Assembly (NCBI GenBank): GCA_963709345.1
Contig: CAVPVX010000007.1
Span: 448,001 to 512,000, forward strand
Direction: 5' to 3'
Length of the DNA stretch: 64,000 nt
DNA from: an uncultured Actinomycetes bacterium
GTDB taxonomy: Bacteria; Actinomycetota; Thermoleophilia; UBA2241
In this document: positions 17,968-27,600 of the stretch, in pieces
Layout: each line of letters opens with the position of its first letter
Numbering within the stretch: the first letter of the stretch is position 1
Notes under the pieces: model-generated
What the model was told of the DNA's origin: nothing
The model's input: only the letters and a program-made list of their open reading frames with translations
Database searches by the model: none
Translations under genes and position numbers: made by a program

Positions 17968-19854
17968 ATGTCAGAACTCACAGGCGAGGTCTGGTATCCG
18001 CCGTCGAGCGCACTGACCGGTGTGACCGGCGACGATCGCGAGGCGCTGCTGCGCCTCGCGGCGACCGATCCGCAGGCCTTCTGGGTGGCGTGGGCGGAGA
18101 AGCTCGACTGGTACGAGCCCTGGTCGCAGGTGCTTGACGCAAGCGAGGCGCCGTTCTATCGCTGGTTCTGCGACGGCAAGACCAACATCGTGCTCAACGC
18201 CCTGGACCGCCACCAGACGACCGCCACCCGCAACAAGCTTGCCCTGATCTGGCAGGGCGAGGCCGGAGAGGAGCGGACCTTCTCCTATCACGACCTGCAC
18301 CGGAAAGTCGGTCAGTTCGCGACCATCCTGAGGAGCATGGGGGTCGGCAAGGGAGACCGCGTCACGATCTACCTCCCGCGCATACCGGAGCTCGTCATCG
18401 CCATGCTCGCCTGCGCCAAGATAGGCGCCGTGCACTCGGCGGTCTACGGAGGGTTCTCGGTGGAGGCGCTGCACAGCCGGATCGAGCTCTCCGAGTCGCG
18501 TGTGATCGTGACCGCCGACGGCGGCTTCATACGAGGCAAGCTCGTGCCACTCAAGGCCATCGCCGACGAAGCCGTGAAGCGTGCCGGCGTTGTCGAGCAC
18601 GTGATCGTCATCCGCCACACCGGCGAGACCGTCCCCATGGAGCCCGACCGCGACTACTACTACGACGAGCTCAAAGCCCTCCCCATGGCCCGCACCCCCA
18701 TCGAGACGGTGGTCATGGATGCCGAGGACCCGCTGTTCCTGCTGTTCACCTCGGGCACCACGGGCCAACCCAAGGCGATCCTGCACACCCACGGCGGGTA
18801 TCAGGTCGGCATCACGGCGACGCTCCAGCTGGCCTTCGACCTGCGCCCCGAAGACCGCTGGTGGTGCACCGCCGATCCAGGCTGGATCACCGGTCACAGC
18901 TACGCTGTCTACGGCCCGCTCATCCTCGGCGCCACGTCGATCATGTACGAAGGCGCGCTCACCCATCCGTACCCCGACCGCTGGTGGCGCATCGTCGAGA
19001 AGTACGGCGTCAACATCCTCTACACGGCGCCCACGGCCGTGCGTGCCCTGATGCGGTTCGGCGATGCCTGGCCCAAACGCCGGGACCTGAGCTCGCTGCG
19101 CCTTCTGGGATCCGTGGGAGAGCCCATCAACCCGGACGCCTGGCGCTGGCTCAGCCACATAGTCGGAGGTGATCGCTGCTCCATCATCGACACATGGTGG
19201 CAGACGGAGACGGGGATGTTCATGATCACCCCACTGCCCGGCCAGCCGCTCAAGCCCGGGTCGGCAGGCAAACCGTTCCCGGGCATCACGATCGAGATCC
19301 TCGACGATGACGGTCAGCCCGTGAACGCCGGTGAGGAAGGCAATCTGGTGGTCACCTCTCCATGGCCTGCCATGATGCGCACCGTGTACGGCGATCCCGA
19401 GCGCTATAAGTCGCAGTACTGGGAGAAGTACCCCGGCAAGTACCAGTCCGGTGACTCGGCGCGTATGGACGAAGACGGCAATGTGTGGATCATCGGACGC
19501 ACAGACGAGGTCATCAAGGTCTCCGGCTACCGGCTGGGCACTGCCGAGATCGAAGCCGCTCTGGGCAGCCACCCGCTGGTCGGCGAGGCGGCCGCCATCG
19601 GCATCCCCGATGAGTTGCGCGGCAACGTGATCTACTGCTACGTCGTCTTGCGCGCGAGCGCCGAACCGACGCCGACTCTCGTGGAAGAGCTGATCCAGCA
19701 TGTCGGCAAGGAGGTCGGCCCCATCGCGCGGCCGGCGCGGCTGGAGATCGTCGACGAGCTGCCGCGCACACGCTCCGGCAAGATCGTGAGGCGGCTCTTG
19801 AAGGCGCGCGCACTCGGCCTGCCGGATGGTGACGTCTCTACCCTCGAGGACTGA
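17968..19854 (+). CDS. acs: Acetyl-CoA synthetase (AMP-forming)
   Basis: FTSGTTGQPKAILH, ADPGWITGHSY, SVGEPINP, DTWWQTETG, PRTRSGKIVRR. Confidence 0.93.
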   Translation: MSELTGEVWYPPSSALTGVTGDDREALLRLAATDPQAFWVAWAEKLDWYEPWSQVLDASEAPFYRWFCDGKTNIVLNALDRHQTTATRNKLALIWQGEAGEERTFSYHDLHRKVGQFATILRSMGVGKGDRVTIYLPRIPELVIAMLACAKIGAVHSAVYGGFSVEALHSRIELSESRVIVTADGGFIRGKLVPLKAIADEAVKRAGVVEHVIVIRHTGETVPMEPDRDYYYDELKALPMARTPIETVVMDAEDPLFLLFTSGTTGQPKAILHTHGGYQVGITATLQLAFDLRPEDRWWCTADPGWITGHSYAVYGPLILGATSIMYEGALTHPYPDRWWRIVEKYGVNILYTAPTAVRALMRFGDAWPKRRDLSSLRLLGSVGEPINPDAWRWLSHIVGGDRCSIIDTWWQTETGMFMITPLPGQPLKPGSAGKPFPGITIEILDDDGQPVNAGEEGNLVVTSPWPAMMRTVYGDPERYKSQYWEKYPGKYQSGDSARMDEDGNVWIIGRTDEVIKVSGYRLGTAEIEAALGSHPLVGEAAAIGIPDELRGNVIYCYVVLRASAEPTPTLVEELIQHVGKEVGPIARPARLEIVDELPRTRSGKIVRRLLKARALGLPDGDVSTLED

Positions 19855-19995
19855 GCGGCACCTCGCCGTCGTGGCTCGGGTCGAGACCGAACGTGACGGA
19901 TGCTGCGTGCTGGCGAGTGTGCGACAAACCGAGCCAGGCCGACTGGCGGGGGTGATGCCGGTCGAGTACAGCCGCAGCGATCGCCCCGGGCGACG

Positions 19996-21112
19996 TCAGT
20001 CGAACACGGCCTCGAGGTAGTACACCCAGAAGGCCGGGATCTCGCGGGCCACCAGATAAGGCGTCTCCCGTACCGGCGACGATGGCGCCGCCGGTACGGT
20101 GAGCACGTCCCAGCCGAAACGCTGGTACGCCAGCTTGATACGCGGCAGGTGGTAGAACTGGCTCACGGCCAGGACGCGCTTCCAGCCGGCACCGCCGAAG
20201 AACGGCACCGTGTCGGTGACCGTCGCGGTGGTGCTGACTCCATTGGAGTCGATCGCGATCGCCTCAGTGGGCACACCGGCCTCGACTGCCATGTCACGCA
20301 TCACCAGCGCCTCGTTATAGCCGCTCTCCCCCACCCCGCCGGAGACGAACACGTACTTGACGAGCCCGTCCTTGTGGAGCCGCACGGCTGTGTCCACCCT
20401 GTCGCGCAGGGAGGTCGACGGCCGACCGTCGTCATGGACCTGGGCGCCGAACACGACAACGACGTCGGCGGGCCGCCGGTAGTCCGTCGTCCCGAAGAAG
20501 AAGATCTGCGCGAGCGGGAAGAGAAGCACGCACGCCGCCGTGGTCGCGAAGAGGACGCCGGCCGCGGCCCAGCGCCGGCGCCGTTGCGCCGGCCCCCGCA
20601 GCGCGGCCCAGGCGATGAAGACGAAGAGGGCACAGAACACGAATGACAACGGAACGGGCATACCGGGATCGATGTCGCCGGCGCGCCAGGTAAGGTAGAA
20701 GTCGGCTCCATTCCAGACGGTGACGGCCGCGAAGAACAGGCAGAGACCGACGGTGGGCCAGCGCCGCCAGGCGGGCATGTGGGGGAGAAAGGCGTACGCA
20801 AGCAGCGCGACGGCGAGAGCCGTGAGAAGCGTCACGGCGAGGAAGCCGCGGCGCGAAGCGCAGATCGACCCACCAGAGATTCTCGTCGAAAGCCGGGGTG
20901 CGCAGAGCGCCGGCCGCGTTGACGAGCGTGAAAGCACCGATGAAGAGGGCCAGTCCGCGGGCCACCGCGGCGGCGAGCCAGTGGCGGCGCTTCGGTCTGC
21001 CGGCCGGCCGGCCGGCAGACGGCGACGGCGCCGTCAGCGACTCAGCCGCTGGGGACGAAGCGGCCGCGCCTCCTGCCACCGGAGGCTCGGGGAGTGCCGC
21101 GTCGGCATTCAT
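19996..21112 (-). CDS. Membrane protein with C-terminal YdcF/DUF218 (SanA/ElyC-like) domain; frameshift near 20845
   Basis: VVVFGA, LRDRVDTA, VSGG, EALVM, SQFYHLPRI, RE motifs; N-terminal TM part (MNADAALP...NLWWVDLRF) in another frame; TGnTACAGT-7 nt-ATG leaderless start. Confidence 0.8.
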
Positions 21113-21283
21113 GCGCGGGACTGTATCACGCGCCTCCGCTCGCGCGGGCGTGCGATCGGGCGCGAATACCTGACCGGCCGCGGGCCGTCCGCCGCCCCCC
21201 GCCGGCCCATAGTGGCGCCGGCGGGACAGCTGAGTGATGGAGCAGCACCGAGGCTCGGCCTCCCACGCGGCGAATTGAGAGAC

Positions 21284-22042
21284 ATGACACGAGCGACGCC
21301 AGACGCCGCACGCCGCGCACCGGTGCGCGCCACCATCCGCGGCGTCCTCGCCGCAGCCTTCGGCACCTATCGTCGCCGCTTCGGCCGCATCGTCATCGCC
21401 GCCGTCGCCGTCTTCGCGCCGATCGACATCGTGGTCACGCTGGCGACCCTGGCAGCGAAGCGGGTCGCCGAGAACGCCGATGCGCTGAGCCTGGCGGTGT
21501 GGCTCTCGAGCACGGCCGTCGGCGTCGCCGGCACCACGCTCTCCCTGGTCTTCTTCTCCGGAGTGATCGACCGCATCGTCGCCGTGGACCAGCACGGACA
21601 CGACGATCTGCCGCTGCTGCACATCGTGAGGCGCCTGCCGACGGCGCGGCTCATCCTGGCGAGCGCACTCGCCACGGTCCTCATCATCCTCGGCCTGCTG
21701 CTCCTGCTCGTCCCCGGCTTCATCCTCATGGTGCTGTTCGCCGTCGTGGGACCAGTGATCGTGATCGAGGACCTCCGGGTGTGGGCCGGCTTGCGCCGCT
21801 CCGCCGCGCTCGTCCGGCGGCACTTCTTCCTCACGTTCGTGGTCGTTCTGATACCGACCATGCTCGAGGAGGAGTGGACGTCGTGGCTTGAGCGATTCGT
21901 CCTTTATGACAACCCGGTCGCCCATCTGGCGATCGACGTGGCGTCGACGGTCTTCGTCGGAGGCCTGATCGGCGTCATCGAGGTGACCCTGGCACACGCC
22001 CTCATCCGCGACCATCGCCGACGCCGAGAGACGTCCGCCTGA
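21284..22042 (+). CDS. Integral membrane protein of unknown function (GDPD membrane-domain-like)
   Basis: About 6 TM segments; GLLLLLVPG...PVIVIEDL...GLRRSAALVR pattern. Confidence 0.7.
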   Translation: MTRATPDAARRAPVRATIRGVLAAAFGTYRRRFGRIVIAAVAVFAPIDIVVTLATLAAKRVAENADALSLAVWLSSTAVGVAGTTLSLVFFSGVIDRIVAVDQHGHDDLPLLHIVRRLPTARLILASALATVLIILGLLLLLVPGFILMVLFAVVGPVIVIEDLRVWAGLRRSAALVRRHFFLTFVVVLIPTMLEEEWTSWLERFVLYDNPVAHLAIDVASTVFVGGLIGVIEVTLAHALIRDHRRRRETSA

Positions 22043-22212
22043 CGGCCCGCGGTGCTCGCGACGGGGCGTCGAGACACACGTGACCGGGTCCGGGCGCGAC
22101 CCCGCGCCTCCGCGAGCAAGCCGTGGCATCATCGCCGCTCAAGAACAGGATTCCGCGCGCCGATTATGAATCAAGTAGTCGGAGGGCACGGGGGACTCGA
22201 ACGGGAGGGACC

Positions 22213-23920
22213 ATGGCGAAGGCAGCGCGTTCCACGACGGCCGCAGCCGGGACGGTCGCCGCAGGCGCGCCGGAGCTCCCCTTCAAGCTGATCCTGGTGG
22301 CCCTCTGCATGGCCCAGTTCATCAACGCCTATGACACCACGGCGATGAACGTCGCGGTGACGTCGGTGGTCAAGAGCCTCGACACCACCGTGTCCGGCGT
22401 GCAGTCGGCGCTGGTGCTCTACTCCCTCGTCATGGCGTCGTTCATGCTGATCGGCGGCAAGCTCGGCGACGTGTGGGGCCGCCGCGCGACCTTCACCATC
22501 GGCATCTCGATGTACGGCCTGGGCGCCCTGATCACCGCGTTCAGCGCCGCGCTGCCGATGATGATCGTCGGCTGGTCGCTGCTGGAGGGCCTGGGGTCGG
22601 CGCTCATGATCCCGGCGATCTTCGCCATCGTCGGCACCATCTTCCCCGCCGGCAAGCCGCGCGTCTCGGCGTTCGCCGCCGTCGGCGCCATGGCCGCCAT
22701 GGGCGCGGCCCTCGGCCCGCTCGTCTGCGGGTTCCTGACCACCTACCTCACCTGGCGCGTGTCGTTCCTGATGGAGGTCGCCATCGTCCTCATCACGCTG
22801 GCGCTCACGACGCGCATCAAGGTGCCCAGGCAGCCGCGGCCCAAGGCAAGGCTCGACTACCTCGGCGCCTTCCTCTCGGCGCTCGGCCTGGCGCTCGTCG
22901 TCCTCGGCGTCCTGCAGGCCGGCAGGTACGGCTGGACGGCCGCCCGGGTGCCGATGGTCGGATGGGGACGGACACTGGTTCCCGAAGGCGGCATTTCGCC
23001 GGTGATCCCGTTCGTCGTCGCCGGCGTCGTCGTGCTGATCTGCTTCGGGCTCTGGCAGCGCCACATGATCCGCGCCGGCAAGGACGCGCTGCTCAACATC
23101 GGCATGCTGAAGAACCGCGCCGTCCTGTTCGGGTTGCTGGCCATCATCGCGTTCATGTTCATGCAGGCAGGCTTCCTGTTCGTCACGCCGGTCTTCATGC
23201 AGATGGCTCTCGGCTACACTGCCTTCCACAGCGGCCTGCTCATCCTGCCGATGACGATCGCAATCATCCTCGTGGCCACGCGCGTGAGCAAGCTCACGCA
23301 GATCATCGCCCCCAAGCTGATCGTGCAGATCGGCATGCTCGTCGTCGTCGGCGGCATCTTCCTGATCGCGCTCGAACTGAAGGCCGACGCCGACCAGTGG
23401 GCCTTTCTCCCCGGCATGATCATCACCGGCATCGGCATCGGCCTGATCAACGCACCCCTGATGAACATCACCCAGGGCGCCGTGCCGGCGAAGGAGCAGA
23501 GCGAGATCTCCGGCCTCTCGCGCGCGATGAGCAACCTCGGCGGCGCCTTCGGCACCGCCGTGGCCGGCGCGGTGCTCATGAGCACCCTGATCGCGACCTT
23601 CTCGCGGCGCCGTCGAGCAGTACACCGGCATCCCGGCGAGCGAGAAGGCGCGGGTCGTCCACGACCTGCGCAAGGACGCCCAGACCGTGAGCAACGCCCA
23701 GGTCACGGTCTACCTCAAGGGCAAGAGCGAGCCGGCGCCGTTGGTCCAGAAGTTCGTCGAGTTCAATCAGGACGCGCGCAACAAGGGCCTGCAGAACGCG
23801 CTGATCGCCATCGGCGTCCTCGGCCTGTTCGGCTTCGCGACGAGCTGCTTCCTTCCCGGAGGCAAGACGAAGAAGCCGGCGGCCGAGCAGAAGGCGGACG
23901 CGCCGCCGGCGTCGGCGTAG
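22213..23920 (+). CDS. MFS transporter (DHA2/14-TMS-like); frameshift near 23605
   Basis: GGKLGDVWGRR motif A, LGPLVCG, WRVSF, LDYLG; the last TM continues in the frame ending at 23920. Confidence 0.88.
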
Positions 23921-23936
23921 CCGCACCGGACGCGGC

Positions 23937-25289
23937 TCAGGCCGCCTCTCCGCCGTCCGCGGCCGGCCCGGCGCAGTCGGGGCCGAGACAGCCGGCGGCC
24001 ATCGCCTCGGGGCCGGGCGCCCCGATCGCGACCGCCTCCCCCGCACGGCCCACGCCCGCGGCCGGCGCGGCGGGCTCCGCCCGCTCCGCGCGCCGCGCCG
24101 CCGCCAGCAGCGGCACGCCGGCGAGCTGGACGGCGCCGCCGACCAGCCAGGCGAACGGGATCGACACGGCCCGCGACAGGTAGCCCAGGCCGAGCTGCCC
24201 GGCGGTCATGCCGCCGTCTCCGAACAGCGCGTCCAGCGAGATGATCGTCGCGCGCTGTGCAGAAGGAATGCGCGCGTTCAGCCAGCCCTGTTTGACAGGC
24301 ATGGAGATCCCGAAGGCCGCGGTGGAGACGAGGTAGAGCGGCACCGCCACCCAGAACTGCTGCACCAGCGCGGCGCCGACGACGGCGGCGGTCGAGACCG
24401 CCGTGCACGCCATCAGGATCCTGCCCCGGTCGGGGAACCGATTGGTGATCCGCCCGACCAGCGAGTTGCCGAGGATCTGCGTGAGGCCGACCAGAGCGGC
24501 GATGACACCCGTGACCCACACGAGGTCGCTGCCGAGCAGGTCCAGGAAGTACTTCTGCCACGAGTAGAAGCCGTAGATGAAGAAGACGCCCTGGACGAGT
24601 GTGGCCAGCATGATGAAGCGCACGACGCGGTCGCGCAGTCCGTACGTGATGCCGGCGGTCGCGATGCGCCGGGTCTCGTGGCCGAAGCTCCCCACGGTCA
24701 GCGCCCGGCCCTTGAACCCCAGGTCGCGCATAAGGAAGACGCCTATCAGGAACGCCGGCACCAGCACGACGGCGCGAACGACGTACGGTATCCAGAGATC
24801 GAGTTGCCCCAGCACCCCTCCCAGCGTGGTGCCGATGAGCATGGACGCGCCGAACGTCATCCCGTACCGCGCGAACACCGGCTCGAGTCGCCCCTCGTAG
24901 CCCACCGAGTCCAGAGCGTCGACCATCCAGGCGTCGACCGCACCGGTGTAGAACGTGTAGCCCAGGCCGAGCAGCGCCGAGGCGGCTGCGAACGGCCATA
25001 CGCCGAGGCCGGCGAGCCCGAACCACACGTAGAGCAGCGTCGACAAGAGGATGATGGCGACCGCCAGCAGATAGGAGGCGCGGCGGCCGACCGTGTCCGC
25101 GACCACCCCGGTCGGCACCTCGAAGACCATCTGGGCGACGGTGTAGGCGGCGTTCACGAGCATCACCTGGAAGATGTCCAGCCCGACCGACAGCAGGAAC
25201 AGCGTGTTGACGCCCCAGATCAGGGACTGCGCCAGCGTCGTGCTGGCGGCGACCCCAAGATACGTGCGGATGATGCGCTGCGCCGTCAT
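23937..25289 (-). CDS. MFS transporter
   Basis: FEVPTGVVADTVGRR motif A; about 12 TM; IPSAQRATIIS. Confidence 0.9.
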   Translation of the reverse strand: MTAQRIIRTYLGVAASTTLAQSLIWGVNTLFLLSVGLDIFQVMLVNAAYTVAQMVFEVPTGVVADTVGRRASYLLAVAIILLSTLLYVWFGLAGLGVWPFAAASALLGLGYTFYTGAVDAWMVDALDSVGYEGRLEPVFARYGMTFGASMLIGTTLGGVLGQLDLWIPYVVRAVVLVPAFLIGVFLMRDLGFKGRALTVGSFGHETRRIATAGITYGLRDRVVRFIMLATLVQGVFFIYGFYSWQKYFLDLLGSDLVWVTGVIAALVGLTQILGNSLVGRITNRFPDRGRILMACTAVSTAAVVGAALVQQFWVAVPLYLVSTAAFGISMPVKQGWLNARIPSAQRATIISLDALFGDGGMTAGQLGLGYLSRAVSIPFAWLVGGAVQLAGVPLLAAARRAERAEPAAPAAGVGRAGEAVAIGAPGPEAMAAGCLGPDCAGPAADGGEAA

Positions 25290-25363
25290 AGGCGGGCTGT
25301 TCCCGCATACGGACGATGCGATGCGCGAGACCCTCGACCGGACGCGGGAGCGCCGGCCGCCAC

Positions 25364-25405
25364 TTGACGGCGGTCAATCACCGCGCATTGCCGCCGGAGT
25401 ATGAT
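25364..25405 (+). promoter_or_regulatory. Fnr/Crp-family box plus -10 element (class II geometry) of nrfHA
   Basis: Palindrome TTGAC-GGCG-GTCAA (25364-25377) and TATGAT (25400-25405); box centre ~41.5 nt upstream of the predicted TSS ~25412. Confidence 0.7.
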
Positions 25406-25471
25406 GGTCAAACCGACCAGCGGCGGCAAGACTCACCCGCGCCTCGGCCGACCGTCGTCGCGACCACGCCC

Positions 25472-25975
25472 GTGAAACGACGTACCCAGACACCCGGCAC
25501 GTGCTCAGCCCGCCGCCCCGTCCACCGGGCCGCCGCCCTCGTCCTGGCGTTGCTGCTCGGCGTTCTGGCCGGCGCCGGCCTCTTCACGCTCGCCTATGCC
25601 GAGGGCCTCTCCTACATGAGCAACGATCCCGAGGCCTGCATCAACTGTCACATCATGAACGAGCAGTACGACGGCTGGGTCAAGGGAACGCACAAGGACG
25701 TGGCCACGTGCAACGACTGCCACGTCCCCCACCGCCTGCTCTCCAAGTACCTCGGCAAGGCGCGCAACGGCTGGCACCACTCGTCGGCCTTCACGCTGCA
25801 GAACTTCGACGAACCCATCCGCATCAAACCCGGCAACGCCGCCACGCTCGAGCACAACTGCCGCGCCTGCCACCAGGAACTGACCGCCGACATCAGCGGC
25901 CACTACGGCAGCGACGGGGAAGGTCCGAGCTGCACCCACTGCCACCGCGACGTGGGCCACGGGCCCACACGGTAG
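25472..25975 (+). CDS. nrfH: Cytochrome c nitrite reductase small subunit (tetraheme); start uncertain
   Basis: N-terminal TM, SYMSNDPEACINCHIM, CNDCH, CRACH, CTHCH..VGH. Confidence 0.92.
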   Translation: MKRRTQTPGTCSARRPVHRAAALVLALLLGVLAGAGLFTLAYAEGLSYMSNDPEACINCHIMNEQYDGWVKGTHKDVATCNDCHVPHRLLSKYLGKARNGWHHSSAFTLQNFDEPIRIKPGNAATLEHNCRACHQELTADISGHYGSDGEGPSCTHCHRDVGHGPTR

Positions 25976-25987
25976 GAGGAGTCCCCG

Positions 25988-27438
25988 ATGAAGCAGACCT
26001 TGAGCCGCCTGCAGGCCAGCCCCTGGTTCTACGTCGTCACGATCGTCGTCGTCGCGCTGGCGACGGCCGGCGTCATGGCGCTGGGGCAGAACATCGTGGA
26101 GCGCAAGGCGGAGGGCGAGCGCGCCTACTACGAGATCGAGGAGCTCACCGAGAACTCCATCGACCCGGCGCTGTGGGGACGCAACTTCCCCCGGCAGTAC
26201 GACGGCTACCTGCGCACGGTGGACACCGAGCGCACGCGCTACGGGGGAAGCGAGGCGATCAGCAGGCTGGACGCCGATCCGCGCCTGCGCACGATCTTCG
26301 ACGGCTACGCCTTCGCCATCGAGTACGACGAGGAGCGCGGCCACTTCTACAGTCTCCAGGACCAGCGCGAGACGAAGCGGGTGACCGAGAAGGAGCAGCC
26401 CGGCGCCTGTCTGCACTGCCACGGTGCCATCACCAAGGCCTACTACGACGCCGGCGTCGCCGCGGGTGCCCACCGGCAGACGACGAGCCGCTGACCGACC
26501 CAACCCGTCGGGCGGCGGTGCAGAAGGGCTTCGAGATCGTCAACGCCATGCCGTACCTCGAGGCCACCGAACTCGTGGAGCACCCCGTGGCGTGCATCGA
26601 CTGCCACGACCCCGAGACGATGGACCTGCGCGTCACGCGACCCGGGTTCCTCGAGCGGCATCCAGCGGCTGGCCGAATCCGGCGAGGCCCTCCCGCATCT
26701 GCCGAGCATCGAGCGGTGGCGCGAGGGCGACCGCGACGAGCCGTACGACCCCAACACGCGAGGCCTCGCGCCAGGAGATGCGCACGTTCGTCTGCGGGCA
26801 GTGCCACGTGGAGTACTACTTCAAGGGCGAGCAGAAGCTGCTCACCTACCCCTGGCACGAACGGCCTGCAAGGGCGAGGAGATCGAGACCTACTACGACG
26901 AGGTGGGCTGGTCGGACTGGACGCACGCGCAGAGCCGGCGCCGCGGTGCTCAAGGCGCAGCACCCCGAGTTCGAGATGTGGAGCCAGGGCGTCCACGCGC
27001 GCAGCCGGCGTGGCCTGCGCCGACTGCCACATGCCGTACACACGCGAGGGCGCGATCAAGGTCAGCGACCACCACGTGCGCAGCCCGCTGCTCAACGTCG
27101 CGCCGCGCCTGCGGCAGCTGCCACCGCTGCGACCGGAGGAGATCGTGCGCGCGCGCCGAGACGATCCAGGACCGCACGCAGCGAACTGCTCGACGCGCGC
27201 CGAGACGCGCGACGGTCGACCTCATCGAGGCGATCACGGCCGCCAAGACCGCCGGGGCCACCGACGAGCAGCTTGGCGACCGCCCGCGAGCTTCCAGCGC
27301 AAGGCGCAGTGGCGCACGGACTTCGTCAACGCGGAGAACTCCATGGGCTTCCACGCGCCGCAGGAGACGGCGCGCATCCTCGGCGAGGCCATCGACTACG
27401 CACGGCAGGGCATGATCTCGCTGGCCGAGCTGAAGTAG
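25988..27438 (+). CDS. nrfA: Ammonia-forming cytochrome c nitrite reductase catalytic subunit (pentaheme); multiple frameshifts 26470-27300
   Basis: WGRNFPRQY, ERGH, heme motifs CLHCH, CIDCH, CGQCHVEYYF, CADCHMPY, CGSCH; LKAQHPEFE; AENSMGFHAP. Confidence 0.9.
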
Positions 27439-27600
27439 GGGCAGGGAGGCAGCTCCTCGTCGAGCAGGCCTTCGGCACCACTGGAGATGCCGGCACTGGT
27501 GCCGGCACTGGTGCCGCCAATGGGACCGCGGGTGGCGCCGCGTCACCGGCCACGTCCGGCCGTTGGACCGCCGGCCACGGCGCTGATACCGTGCGGGGGC

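Noticed and set aside
27489-27518. 12-bp tandem repeat GCCGGCACTGGT x2.5 between nrfA and the ATPase
   Set aside because: Short low-complexity GC repeat with no evident function.
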